A stretch of DNA of 64,000 nucleotides from Candidatus Anstonellales archaeon. Its GTDB lineage: Archaea > Micrarchaeota > Micrarchaeia > Anstonellales > J096. The notes below the pieces were generated by a model that saw nothing but the letters and a program-made list of their open reading frames with translations, was not told where the DNA came from and did not search any database. Shown here in pieces: positions 29,701 through 38,738 of the stretch; positions within the stretch are counted from its first letter, which is position 1, and each line of letters begins with the position of its first letter. The position numbers and the translations under genes are program-made. The DNA is taken from the NCBI GenBank assembly GCA_038896535.1, contig JAWACY010000002.1, forward strand, positions 91,002 through 155,001, read 5' to 3'.

Positions 29701-30680
29701 ATTGTAGAAGCTTTTGCATTCATATCAGCAAATGTTTTTGCCAGCTTTCTGTATTGCTTTTCAAACTCTTCTTTTTCTTGATCTCCTGAATTTTTACTTA
29801 TACTGTCTTTATAGAATTTTTGTAGTTTATCATAAAATTCTGAGACAATAAGATAAATAGATGCCAGCTTTCCTGCTTCTGCATCAAAAAGATGAAGATA
29901 CTTACTTGGCAATTTTCCTCCTTCTACCAATCTTTCTACTACTCCCCTTAAGTCATTCATGCCTTTACTCAACTCATCGTAAAAATCATTCATCGATTTT
30001 GTTAGGTCTACTTTTTGTTCTCTTTCTCCTATTTGTTCATTAGAAATTAAAATGGAATAACCCTTAGCTAGAGTCAAATTCAAATATGCAACAGAATCAT
30101 AAAGCTCTTTGCCGGTTTTGAGCTTTTTTTCATCAAATAATGCTTTCATAATAAGTCCTATTGTTGCTTCCATATATACATTTTTTTCTTTTGCTGGCAA
30201 TTCTAAACTTTGGCCAATTGAATCAAAACCATCATAAGCAATGCCAATAACTTGCAATAGACTAAGCCTTATTCTTCCAGCTTCTGTTCCAACATCTTTT
30301 AACTCTGCAAGAGATTTTATCACATCTGCAATCTCTTCATCCCCTAATCCTTTCCTTTTTGCAGCTAATTCAACAAGCATTGCTGCTTCTATTGTTGACG
30401 CATATCTTGCCTTTTCTTTAGGGTCTTTTTCATTCAATATACTCTCTATAAGTCCCCTATCAGTCCTTACAAGATAGGCAATTCTACCAAAAAAAGTTCT
30501 AGGCCATATTTTTGCATAACCTTGCTTTACTAATCTATCTATTAACTCACCTTCATTTTTTATTTGAAATTTGTTTACATATGCACTTAATACTTCTTCG
30601 CTTACCCCATATTTTTGTGCTAATTGCTTAACATCAATTTGTTTTTCAGTTGCTGTTTGATCAGGCATTTTTACACCCAT
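26724..30680 (-). CDS. giant hypothetical protein (1318 aa) with C-terminal Gly-zipper-like hydrophobic membrane region, first gene of the operon
   Basis: Uninterrupted 3.96-kb ORF. First 900 aa are K/E-rich and helical. Last 200 aa contain hydrophobic Gly/Ala/Ser-rich stretches (VGLAWLLSASATNALAIYGMAALSPYV, VSPFVGFSSAGLMWGAGASYAIGGG, VGPYFVPILTVIVSGA). Confidence 0.7.
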   Translation of the reverse strand: MGVKMPDQTATEKQIDVKQLAQKYGVSEEVLSAYVNKFQIKNEGELIDRLVKQGYAKIWPRTFFGRIAYLVRTDRGLIESILNEKDPKEKARYASTIEAAMLVELAAKRKGLGDEEIADVIKSLAELKDVGTEAGRIRLSLLQVIGIAYDGFDSIGQSLELPAKEKNVYMEATIGLIMKALFDEKKLKTGKELYDSVAYLNLTLAKGYSILISNEQIGEREQKVDLTKSMNDFYDELSKGMNDLRGVVERLVEGGKLPSKYLHLFDAEAGKLASIYLIVSEFYDKLQKFYKDSISKNSGDQEKEEFEKQYRKLAKTFADMNAKASTMTVANQFALILIQERLSYRSAGDREAFSIVSMRRQNFLTQIMNSMTADEYLSFVAELLDEDWYEKSINLRSMKYRDFNEYLEDKIKEKWSDVVWQQIKEKLKQKNITINENNEEDVKSLLWDYGYDINDVVFMLKNNVNLKDVIAQIEQLKKEDNDIRSELVSLAKRVGIEEDFMPLFLEPLIRRIALIQIMNKQLPDNEKVDVLNIIKEHLKTDNEISAFNEELNKNEYFAKGSEEQKQGLRILKLVESIQPKLPVKYVEVEQKPPESPLQPQPPQGATETRVYYKPAGEKKKGKGYSITASYEYSQEFLGYYPSVAWIVKYAKGSRVNDLNGLKEFVIRRYFGYVSEEANEVYRRRYNAVFDYFLNNTQRIFDSMSDTEKNNLRDSARKLIQELGLSNKISVEDAAAVLFAIQAVEYPFEDLVGNAFNAQNWIAGWQKATEGININRNVFGSQQKIENIQETIKAKNLKPGTYNIDILKPNGERITVYRVNVDNRGNVTVNAAAKDDILVTKNDRLVLTPENDRENIIMASSASMAILMLSQKNEKEEDNKKDALIWRNYFVLNGDVELGYGSVSRWGGEFSITMPVPSESVSRAPQLPKVEFYGMIDNVGTPIFIQPRKPDLTLLPVVPVVSLPTTATESIIRTEVVGYEISLTEFRSILPSDVGGNLAEEAIKKLQQNLTLTKQNGNWVVNVPTDDQIDQIPNIGENTKEGLKNVAHNLRNYNYTVTETNDKIFIEVKDSNGQKLGGLEFDKKDQEKIKPIIKEVREQRPRELTLKEKQKLFADRLRRTAIVGLEFREGPFTIQPQIMFVNGKFVNPGVGISTAFPIFGNENVGLAWLLSASATNALAIYGMAALSPYVRLGDLTVSPFVGFSSAGLMWGAGASYAIGGGKFGLSWARSPIPSVGLINTYTVSYERENWSVNPSISVIQVGPYFVPILTVIVSGAERAVNWLLEQIGLRTEDVDAWGRTITRDPEEMAEELFKNAEST

Positions 30681-30730
30681 TAAATTTTTATTTAGTTATA
30701 TTTAAAAATGTTGCTAAAATAAAAAAAGGT

Positions 30731-31309
30731 ATGAAAGCAATTTACATACATTTGTTTTGTATTGGCCTTATGTTATTAATTTTATTTGCTTCATTTATAA
30801 TAGCAAAACAGGAAATGCAAAGAAATACACTGCTTATAAGTGCTTTTGGATTCCTTGCCCTTTTATGGCTTATTTTTACAACATCATTGACAATTGCAAT
30901 TAAATTCCTGCCAAATAATGAGATATTGAAATTCTTAATAAAAGAAAGAAGGATTGTTGGGCTTTATGGCTTCTTTTTTGCTTTGATACATATCACTTTA
31001 GTACTAAACTTTTTTTTCAGATGGGACATTGAAAAGGCAATTTTTGGTAATACTTACAGATTTATTGGCGGGATCGCACTGCTTCTTTTATCATTATTAG
31101 CAATAACAAGCAATAATTTCTCTATGGCATTATTAAAGAAAAACTGGAAAACATTGCATTATTTAATATATATAATAATAATTCTAGCGCTAATTCATGC
31201 AGCAAACATAGGCTTAATTTTCATGAAAAATGATTACATAAAATATGGCATAATACTTTTATCAGCAGCAGTTTTATTATATAAATTTAAAAATCTTTTC
31301 TTAAAATAG
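30731..31309 (+). CDS. ferric-reductase-like / MsrQ-YedZ-like heme-binding membrane protein
   Basis: Six predicted TM helices with conserved His inside helices (LIHITLV, LHYLIY, LIHAANIG), typical of the ferric reductase transmembrane-component family. ATG at 30731 follows AAAGGT. Confidence 0.55.
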   Translation: MKAIYIHLFCIGLMLLILFASFIIAKQEMQRNTLLISAFGFLALLWLIFTTSLTIAIKFLPNNEILKFLIKERRIVGLYGFFFALIHITLVLNFFFRWDIEKAIFGNTYRFIGGIALLLLSLLAITSNNFSMALLKKNWKTLHYLIYIIIILALIHAANIGLIFMKNDYIKYGIILLSAAVLLYKFKNLFLK

Positions 31310-31312
31310 AGT

Positions 31313-31744
31313 ATGGAGTATAATAAATTTTATGCTTTATTCCTTATATTGATGCTAATTTTCTTATATGGCTGTTATCAAAGCACAAGCCCATCAAATA
31401 CTGAAATCAAAGAGGAGTTAGCAAATATTAATAAAAGTAATGAAAGCATTAATGTAATTAATATAACAAGCAGTGGTTTTATACCAGACACAATAAAAAT
31501 AAAGAAAGGCCAGGCAGTGAAATTCGTTAATGTCGATACAAACAAACATTGGCCAGCATCAGATGTCCATCCAACACATAATGTATATCCTGAAAAAGGG
31601 GGTTGTATAGGGAGTAAATTCGATGCATGCAAGCCCTTGCAAAAAGATGAGTCATTTATATTTGTATTCAATGAAATAGGAACTTGGGATTATCATGACC
31701 ATCTAAACCCTGGATTAAAAGGTAAAATTATTGTTGAGGGCTGA
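31313..31744 (+). CDS. cupredoxin-fold lipoprotein-like protein with non-canonical metal-site residues
   Basis: Signal/lipobox-like N-terminus (LIFLYGCYQ). IKIKKGQAVKFVNVDTNKHWPASDVHPTHNV and FNEIGTWDYHDHLNPGLKGKIIVEG mirror the plastocyanin/halocyanin pattern (TWTN..PHNV ... GTYDYYCTPHxxMKGKIVV), but with His/Asp in place of the Cys ligand. Confidence 0.5.
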   Translation: MEYNKFYALFLILMLIFLYGCYQSTSPSNTEIKEELANINKSNESINVINITSSGFIPDTIKIKKGQAVKFVNVDTNKHWPASDVHPTHNVYPEKGGCIGSKFDACKPLQKDESFIFVFNEIGTWDYHDHLNPGLKGKIIVEG

Positions 31745-31799
31745 GAAATAAAAAAGAAAAAAAGCAAACATATTTATTATTTTACACCCTATTTATTTT

Positions 31800-32210
31800 A
31801 TGTTCTCAAAAAAATTTCTCTATACATTGGATGCAGATGAAGTTATTGATATAACACATGATATAAAAAATGCTGTTGAAGAAAGCAAGATAAAGAATGG
31901 CATATGCAATGTTTTTGCTAAAGGTTCTACTGCCGCATTAATATTGAGTGAGTATGAGCATGGCCATATAAAAGATTTATTTAATGCAATGGAAATAATA
32001 GCGCCATCAAAAAATTATTATGAGCATGACAAAGCATGGCATGATGGCAATGGAAAAAGCCACATAAGAGCAGCATTTTTACAGCAACATTTGACAATGC
32101 CATTAATAAACAAAAGGCTTGAAATAGGCCAATGGCAAAACATTCTATTGATAAATCTTGATACAAGAAAAAGAGAAAGGGAAGTATTGCTTTCTATATT
32201 GGAGGGCTAA
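31800..32210 (+). CDS. YjbQ/UPF0047-family protein (secondary thiamine-phosphate synthase-like)
   Basis: GICNVFAKGSTAALILSEYEHGHIKDL and HIRAAFLQQHLTMPLINKRLEIGQWQNILLINLD match the YjbQ family. Confidence 0.8.
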   Translation: MFSKKFLYTLDADEVIDITHDIKNAVEESKIKNGICNVFAKGSTAALILSEYEHGHIKDLFNAMEIIAPSKNYYEHDKAWHDGNGKSHIRAAFLQQHLTMPLINKRLEIGQWQNILLINLDTRKREREVLLSILEG

Positions 32211-32211
32211 A

Positions 32212-32583
32212 ATGAGAAAAGGCATAAACGCAGAAAGAGAGCTTTTTCATTTACTAGAAAATAAAGGGTTCTTCGTAATAAGGGCTGCTGGTTCAGGGCA
32301 TCTAAAAAGCCCTGACTTACTTGCTTTTAAACTCGGCACTTATATTGGTTTTGAAGTAAAGGCACACAATAAAAAAGAATTAAGATTTAGCAGAGAGCAG
32401 CTGGATAATATGGAAAAATGGGAAAAAAACACAGGCATTGCTTTATACATAGCATGGAAAGTGCCCAAAAAAGGTTTTTTGTTTCTTCCTACAAAATATA
32501 TAAACAAAAACGACGGAGCAAAAACTGTTAGCATAAAACTTGATGAAGCTTATAAACTTGCTTACAAAGAATGGGAACTTTAA
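32212..32583 (+). CDS. hjc: Holliday junction resolvase Hjc
   Basis: GINAERELFHLLENKGFFVIRAAGSG...PDLLAF...GFEVKAH carries the archaeal Hjc PD-(D/E)XK motifs. ATG at 32212 lies 1 nt after the YjbQ stop. Confidence 0.9.
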   Translation: MRKGINAERELFHLLENKGFFVIRAAGSGHLKSPDLLAFKLGTYIGFEVKAHNKKELRFSREQLDNMEKWEKNTGIALYIAWKVPKKGFLFLPTKYINKNDGAKTVSIKLDEAYKLAYKEWEL

Positions 32584-32584
32584 C

Positions 32585-33880
32585 TTATGCTCTTGGCTTT
32601 TTTTCCTTCGGCGGAGGGTATGTTTTTTCTTCTCTTGGTTTTTCCTGGGCCGGATATTCAGCATAGTAATACCTAATCGGATCTGGATTCCAAGGGTTAG
32701 TTAAACCGGCCGCGATAAACCTTGCTATAACATGTTGTAATATTTCTGCTTCTGAAGCAATATTTTTCATTACATCTTCTTTTATTCCAAGGGCACTTAT
32801 GTTTTTAAACAATTCATATTCATCTCCTTTCGTATAATCACCCCCTCGCGGTAGATAATATGAATTAATCTGTGTTAAAAAAGAAAATGGTTTATCACTA
32901 GATATCATGTTTGTTGCTTCTATTAAATATTTTCTAGCTTTCTCTCCTTCACCTATTCCAATAATAAGATTTGTATGCCCAACAAATGAATCTTCTTTCT
33001 TTTTATCTTCTTTTAATAAAAATGCATTCATGTAAGAAATGCTGACTTTTTCTTTTTCATTTCTAAGAGCTATTGATAAAAAAGACCCTAAAAGAAATGA
33101 GCTAGAATCACAATCTAAGACTCTTTCATTCATTGCGCTTACAAGATCAGCTGTTGCTTTTGGCTTATAACCCAACATCCACACAGATAAAGTCATTGAT
33201 ATAATAGCAGCTTCAATCTTTTCTTCAGTAGTCAAATACCTCCTTTCCTCTGATATAGTTTTAGAAATTATTCCATTATAAAGTGCCTGTGTTAAAGTCA
33301 TTATGCGCAAAAAATTTCTAACTTGATTCTTTACTTCTCTATATTTTTTATTTCCCATCTCTGCTTTCAGATGATCAAACTTATTATAGAACTGTTCTTC
33401 ATTTTCATATCCTATTGATCCTAAGAATACAATTATCTTTTCATCTACCATATCTTCTGCTAAAAGCTCTGGACTCATAATTTTTAATACATCTGCCGGC
33501 CTTTTTTCTTTTTGCCCATCAATTCTTGCTGCTATAGTATTTCCTCCTTTGCTGTATTCTATTATTAATGAGCTAATAGCAAGGCCGTGCTGTTTAAACT
33601 TGTTTTCTAATATTTCTTTAACCATATTTATCTTTCTGCCAACTTCTTTTTCATCTCCTTCCCTATGCAAGAAATAAAGCACTAACTTCCCTGTCTTTTT
33701 AAATTCTTCTACTGCTTTCTTGTAAGCATCAATATTTACCCCTGTCATTTTTAATTGAGTGATAGTATGTTGTGATAATAAAACTTCATTGGCAAATCTC
33801 TCTCTGTCTTTTTTATCTTTTAAATCATATTTAGTTTTTTCTTGCTTTTGCTCTTTGCTCTTTTGCACACCATTTGCCAT
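32585..33880 (-). CDS. hypothetical protein (431 aa)
   Basis: Long ORF with coding-like composition and a Pro/Lys-rich C-terminus. No recognisable domain. Confidence 0.5.
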   Translation of the reverse strand: MANGVQKSKEQKQEKTKYDLKDKKDRERFANEVLLSQHTITQLKMTGVNIDAYKKAVEEFKKTGKLVLYFLHREGDEKEVGRKINMVKEILENKFKQHGLAISSLIIEYSKGGNTIAARIDGQKEKRPADVLKIMSPELLAEDMVDEKIIVFLGSIGYENEEQFYNKFDHLKAEMGNKKYREVKNQVRNFLRIMTLTQALYNGIISKTISEERRYLTTEEKIEAAIISMTLSVWMLGYKPKATADLVSAMNERVLDCDSSSFLLGSFLSIALRNEKEKVSISYMNAFLLKEDKKKEDSFVGHTNLIIGIGEGEKARKYLIEATNMISSDKPFSFLTQINSYYLPRGGDYTKGDEYELFKNISALGIKEDVMKNIASEAEILQHVIARFIAAGLTNPWNPDPIRYYYAEYPAQEKPREEKTYPPPKEKKPRA

Positions 33881-33926
33881 ATTAACATTAATAGTAGATG
33901 TTTTTAAATTTTTAGTGTCTCGAAAG

Positions 33927-35678
33927 TTAAATAATTTCTAATGTATCAATGTTTAAAAGTTCTAAGCATGTTTTTATTACTGCTAAAAATCTTTTTGTCA
34001 GAAAAAGGCGTTTATGTGCTTGCTCTTTATCTTCGCTTATTATTTTGTATTTCTCATAAAATGTATTGAATGCATTGGCAAGTTCAAATGCATAATCTGC
34101 AATGACATTTGGCTCGAAAGTATTTGCAGACTTTTGGACATAATATGGAAATTGCCATATCAATCTTGCAACTGCCCTTTCATCCTCATTTAATACAACA
34201 TTTAGAGATAGCTGCTTTTTTTCCATTTCTTTATACTCAGCATTATAATCAGCAATATCGCTTTTAACTTTATTTAAAATACTATTTGCCCTTGCATAGG
34301 CATATAGTAAATAAACACCGCTTGCCCCATCTAACTTCAATGCTTTATCCCAATCAAAAACAACAATGCTGTTGTTTGCCATTCTCAACATTGAGTATTT
34401 AATTGCAGCAAGTGCTATTTTTTTCTTATCCCCCCTCTCAATCCTTGCAATGCCCTCATTAAGCAAATCATCTGCAGTAAAACCTATCCATGTGCCTTTT
34501 CTCCCTGAAAAACGCTCTTCTTTTTTTCTAACATGGCCATAAGATACATGGAAAAAGTCATTTTCATTAATAATGCCCATCTCAACTAATGCTTTCTTCA
34601 ATACATTTTGATGGGGCTGTTGTTCCTGCCCAATAACATTTATGATGATTGGGTCTTTCACATTATAAAAATTAAGCCCTTCATCAGAGGATTCATAAAT
34701 GCCATTATGAGATTTAAATAAAATGCAACATAAATGGCCTGCTTTAAACATATGAAATATTATGTCTTTTCCAAGATATGTTGGTATGCCATTGCTTCTA
34801 ACAATCACTTTATATTGATTATCATTTTGATTAGCATCATTTATTTTTATTACAACGCAATCTTTATACTCTCCTTGCTCCGGCATTTCAACATTTTTAA
34901 GTGCCTTTATTTTTCTTATCCCATCATCAAATAATTTTATAACATCGCTTTCATAAATTGCAAAATCATGCCTTACTCCATATTCCCTAGCAGTCTCCCT
35001 TTGTGCATTTACAACATTTCTTATGAATTCCTTAAAACCTTGCTCTTTTCCGGCTTCAATATTTTTCATTAATTCTGCTATTTCTTTTATATTCTCTTCC
35101 TTCTCAGCCAGTTCATTTGCTTTTATATAATCAAGCCCAATATCAAAATCAAATTTCCCAGTGTTTTGTGTTTTGCCAAATTTTTTATAATACCAATAAC
35201 TTTGTGCAACCTGAAGGCCAAGGTCATTTATATAGTCCATTCTTATTACATCATAGCCATAATAATGCATAATATTCGAGATTGCCATGCATATAAGTGC
35301 ATTTCTTAAATGGCCAATATGCCATGGTTTATTTGGGTTAACAGAAGGCCCCTCTATTATGCAATGTCTCTTTTTTCTCTCAAATGTATAAGAAGAGAAT
35401 AGCAAATTTTTATTATCCGCATAGAGGTTTAAAAATCCGTTAATGGCTTTTAAACGAAATCCGCTTAAATTGTATTTATCAAGATCAATGCTTTCTAAAT
35501 CTTGGGCAATTTTATAAACATTCCCGCCTTTTTCTTTTGCTATTTTGAATGCTATTGTACTTGCTATGTCCCCCTGCTCTTGAGATTTTGGCAATGATAT
35601 TGTATTAAAAACAAGCTCATTTGCTAATCCTGTTTCTTTTGCTATAGCATATGAAAACTTATTTATAACATCAAGCAC
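33927..35678 (-). CDS. argS: arginyl-tRNA synthetase
   Basis: Class I HIGH motif PWHIGHLRNALI and the ArgRS N-terminal anticodon-binding region. 583 aa. Confidence 0.95.
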   Translation of the reverse strand: MLDVINKFSYAIAKETGLANELVFNTISLPKSQEQGDIASTIAFKIAKEKGGNVYKIAQDLESIDLDKYNLSGFRLKAINGFLNLYADNKNLLFSSYTFERKKRHCIIEGPSVNPNKPWHIGHLRNALICMAISNIMHYYGYDVIRMDYINDLGLQVAQSYWYYKKFGKTQNTGKFDFDIGLDYIKANELAEKEENIKEIAELMKNIEAGKEQGFKEFIRNVVNAQRETAREYGVRHDFAIYESDVIKLFDDGIRKIKALKNVEMPEQGEYKDCVVIKINDANQNDNQYKVIVRSNGIPTYLGKDIIFHMFKAGHLCCILFKSHNGIYESSDEGLNFYNVKDPIIINVIGQEQQPHQNVLKKALVEMGIINENDFFHVSYGHVRKKEERFSGRKGTWIGFTADDLLNEGIARIERGDKKKIALAAIKYSMLRMANNSIVVFDWDKALKLDGASGVYLLYAYARANSILNKVKSDIADYNAEYKEMEKKQLSLNVVLNEDERAVARLIWQFPYYVQKSANTFEPNVIADYAFELANAFNTFYEKYKIISEDKEQAHKRLFLTKRFLAVIKTCLELLNIDTLEII

Positions 35679-35731
35679 ATAACCACCTGGTCTCAGATTT
35701 TTAAATAAATAAAGTCAATTTCATAACGTTT

Positions 35732-36409
35732 TCAGCCATAAACTTTTGGTTGCTCTGATGGAAAATGAATAAATATTTTACTTATTTCTTCCTTTATTTT
35801 CTCTTTCTCTTTCTTATCTATTTTTATTTTATCTAATTTCTCCTCCCATTGTTTTAAAGAATCAAGCACTGCTGCTAAAAGTTCATCTTTTGTAATGTCA
35901 GAGAGCACTATTAAGAGTTGTGCTGCATAACTGTTTTTTGATTGCCCCAACCCTTTTATCGCCCTCAAAGATAAAAGCCTCGATTCCTGCGTATTAAGAT
36001 TTAAATATCTCGTCAGATGGAAGCTTAATAATTTCAAGCTCAATGTATCATCAAAATTTAGCAATAATGATAAAAAGTCATCTATGCCATCAAAAGAGGA
36101 AGTGTAATCAAGCACTGCTGTTGTTATATCTTCTGCTTTTATATTTTGCCCCCTTTCTTTTGCAAGTGACATGCTTAAAAAATCTCTAAAATATCTAAAT
36201 GAGCTTAACCTTTCATTTATTATGGCTATAATATAACCCTTTATTACATCATCATTTTTTTTGTATATCTCTACCAATTCCTTTTTCAAGCTCTCTTTAT
36301 CAGCCCATGATAATGCAACAGGATAAGATGATATATCACTAATAATTTTTCTTACCCTCTCTCTTATAATTTCATAATTCACATTTTCTTTTGGCATTTT
36401 ATCCCTCAT
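35732..36409 (-). CDS. hypothetical helical-repeat protein
   Basis: 225 aa with a K/E-rich C-terminus. Overlaps the downstream gene start by 4 nt. Confidence 0.5.
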   Translation of the reverse strand: MRDKMPKENVNYEIIRERVRKIISDISSYPVALSWADKESLKKELVEIYKKNDDVIKGYIIAIINERLSSFRYFRDFLSMSLAKERGQNIKAEDITTAVLDYTSSFDGIDDFLSLLLNFDDTLSLKLLSFHLTRYLNLNTQESRLLSLRAIKGLGQSKNSYAAQLLIVLSDITKDELLAAVLDSLKQWEEKLDKIKIDKKEKEKIKEEISKIFIHFPSEQPKVYG

Positions 36410-36819
36410 ATGATTTTTATTTCTAAATCAGCAATTAAATGTGAGGCATAGGATATAAAAGCATATACTACCTGCTCTTGGATAATAAAAAATATAAAAC
36501 CAGTATATAATAACAATGCAACAATCGAATGCGTAAAACCCCTATGCCTTGGTATAAAAACCACTGTTAATATATAAACAATTAAAACAATTGCACTATA
36601 AAGAACATTGTTTGTGAAAAGCCATAATGCAAATGCAAAAGCAATAGATAAGGCAAAAACAAGTTTTCTTATTATGCTTGTTCCTATGTCTATGTCTGGG
36701 AGAAGTGATGATATAATTATTAATGGAACTGCCATCATAAAATTTTCTATGTCATTTTTATAAAATGCTGCAAAAAGGCAGAGAACAAGTGCTACTATGA
36801 TATGCATATACCATTGCAT
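36406..36819 (-). CDS. membrane-bound metal-dependent hydrolase (YdjM/DUF457 family)
   Basis: LPDIDIG, HRGFTHS and HLIADL are the DUF457 His/Asp motifs. Four TM helices. Confidence 0.6.
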   Translation of the reverse strand: MQWYMHIIVALVLCLFAAFYKNDIENFMMAVPLIIISSLLPDIDIGTSIIRKLVFALSIAFAFALWLFTNNVLYSAIVLIVYILTVVFIPRHRGFTHSIVALLLYTGFIFFIIQEQVVYAFISYASHLIADLEIKII

Positions 36820-36867
36820 AATAAAGAAAAAATGATAAAATTTAAATACTTATTACAAAATGATATT

Positions 36868-38688
36868 ATGTGCGGTATAACTGGTTATATAGGAAAATTG
36901 CCTGCATCAATAGAAGCAATAAATGCGTTGTCAATACTCGAATATAGGGGATATGATTCAGCAGGCATAGCTGCAAGTAATGGAAAAAATATTATAACAA
37001 AAAAATTGAACGGATATGTAGAAGAGCTTAAAAAAGAAGTGCTGACAAACAAGATTTTTTTGAGCACTGATTATTATATGGCAATAGCCCATACAAGATG
37101 GGCTACACACGGAAAGCCAACAATGAAAAATGCACACCCTCATTTAAGTTGCAATAATGAAATTGCTATAGTACATAATGGGATAATAGAAAATTATGAA
37201 GAAATAAAGGAGATGCTTATACATAAAGGCCATGTCTTTAATTCAGAAACTGATTCAGAAGTTATAGCACATTTAATAGAAGAGCATATGAAAAGCAAAA
37301 CATTCATAGAAGCAACAAAAAAGGCATTAGAAATGCTTAAAGGAACTTATGGACTTGCAATTTTATCAAGTAAGCATGATTGCATAATATGCGCAAGATT
37401 AGCCAGTCCATTAAAAATAGGCGTTGCAAATCATGGCTTTTATATAAGTTCTGACGTTAATGCCTTAATAGGCAGGGCACAAAAATACCTTTCCTTGAAT
37501 GATGGGCAGATTGCAATAATAAAAAGGGATTCTTACAAAATAGAAGGAAATGCTGAATTAAAGGCAATTTCATTTACAAAAGATGAAGTCTCAAAAGGAG
37601 CTTTCCCAACTTATATGCTTAAAGAGATATTTGAACAAGAAAAAGCTGTCAGGATGGCATTGTCTGGAAAAAGCAACTTTGGCAGGCTTAAATTGCTTAA
37701 AGAACAGATAAATAAGGGAAATGCTGAATATGGCCTTGGAGATATTGGCAGCATTAATGTTTCATACATGAAAAAAGTAAAGAGAATTGCATTGATAGGA
37801 GCAGGCACATCTTACCATGCTTGTTTATTGGGCTCATATTTATTTAATTCCATAAATGATTTTGAAGCACATGCATTTCTATCATCAGAAGCGATAAAAA
37901 CAATAAAGCCGCATTATGACCTATACATATTTATAAGCCAATCAGGAGAAACAGCAGATACGATTGAAGTATTAAGGCAAGTAAACAAAATGGGTAAGCC
38001 AACATTTGGCATATGCAATGTGCCTGGAAGCACAATAGCAGAAGAAACAATGGGGGGCAAATTTACCTATGCTGGCCCAGAGTTAAGCGTTGCTTCAACA
38101 AAATCTTTTACAACACAGCTTGCAGTTCTATATCTCATGTATTTATACTTTAAAGCTGTTAATAATATTGATGTAGAGCAGGAATTAAAAGAACTTGAAA
38201 GACTGCCGGAAAAAATAGGAAAATGCATAATGGAAAATGATAAGAAAGCAAAAGATCTTGCATATGAAATAGGAAATTCAAATTATCTTATTTACATAGG
38301 AAGAAATTTATACTACCCAATAGCACTTGAAGGAGCATTGAAAATGAAGGAGATAGCTTATATTCCATGCATCGCATATGCAGGAGGGGAATTAAAACAC
38401 GGCCCATTAGCACTTGTTAATGAAAATACTAATGTCATAGCAATAAATCCTGAGAATGAAGCAAAGCATGAGATGGAAAGCAACATAAAAGAAGTTGAAG
38501 CAAGGAGGGGAAATATTATACTCATATCTGATCATAATGCTAATTTCAATTTGCCCAAAACAATGCCAGTATTTTATCCAATTCTCTCTATATTACCATT
38601 ACAACTCTTAGCACATCATACAGCTACAATAAAAGGGAATAACATTGATAAGCCAAGGAATTTAGCAAAAAGTGTTACTGTAAAATAA
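36868..38688 (+). CDS. glmS: glutamine--fructose-6-phosphate aminotransferase (isomerising)
   Basis: N-terminal MCGITGYIG with Cys2 glutaminase nucleophile after Met removal, and two SIS domains (ISQSGETADT). The real start is the ATG at 36868, not the ORF-track 36802. Confidence 0.95.
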   Translation: MCGITGYIGKLPASIEAINALSILEYRGYDSAGIAASNGKNIITKKLNGYVEELKKEVLTNKIFLSTDYYMAIAHTRWATHGKPTMKNAHPHLSCNNEIAIVHNGIIENYEEIKEMLIHKGHVFNSETDSEVIAHLIEEHMKSKTFIEATKKALEMLKGTYGLAILSSKHDCIICARLASPLKIGVANHGFYISSDVNALIGRAQKYLSLNDGQIAIIKRDSYKIEGNAELKAISFTKDEVSKGAFPTYMLKEIFEQEKAVRMALSGKSNFGRLKLLKEQINKGNAEYGLGDIGSINVSYMKKVKRIALIGAGTSYHACLLGSYLFNSINDFEAHAFLSSEAIKTIKPHYDLYIFISQSGETADTIEVLRQVNKMGKPTFGICNVPGSTIAEETMGGKFTYAGPELSVASTKSFTTQLAVLYLMYLYFKAVNNIDVEQELKELERLPEKIGKCIMENDKKAKDLAYEIGNSNYLIYIGRNLYYPIALEGALKMKEIAYIPCIAYAGGELKHGPLALVNENTNVIAINPENEAKHEMESNIKEVEARRGNIILISDHNANFNLPKTMPVFYPILSILPLQLLAHHTATIKGNNIDKPRNLAKSVTVK

Positions 38689-38738
38689 GAAAGTGAATAA
38701 GAAGGTAAATAAGAAAGATTTTTTAACCCTACTATTGA

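Noticed and set aside
17881-30680. Giant-gene block considered as a prophage or virus structural module (tape-measure-like proteins)
   Set aside because: No integrase, terminase, portal or capsid candidates are present, and no att-like tRNA duplication flanks the block. The surface-system interpretation is preferred, but a viral origin cannot be excluded without homology searches.
36820-36867. Checked upstream of glmS for a glmS ribozyme
   Set aside because: The intergenic space is only about 48 nt and the organism is archaeal. There is no room for, or expectation of, the Gram-positive glmS ribozyme.
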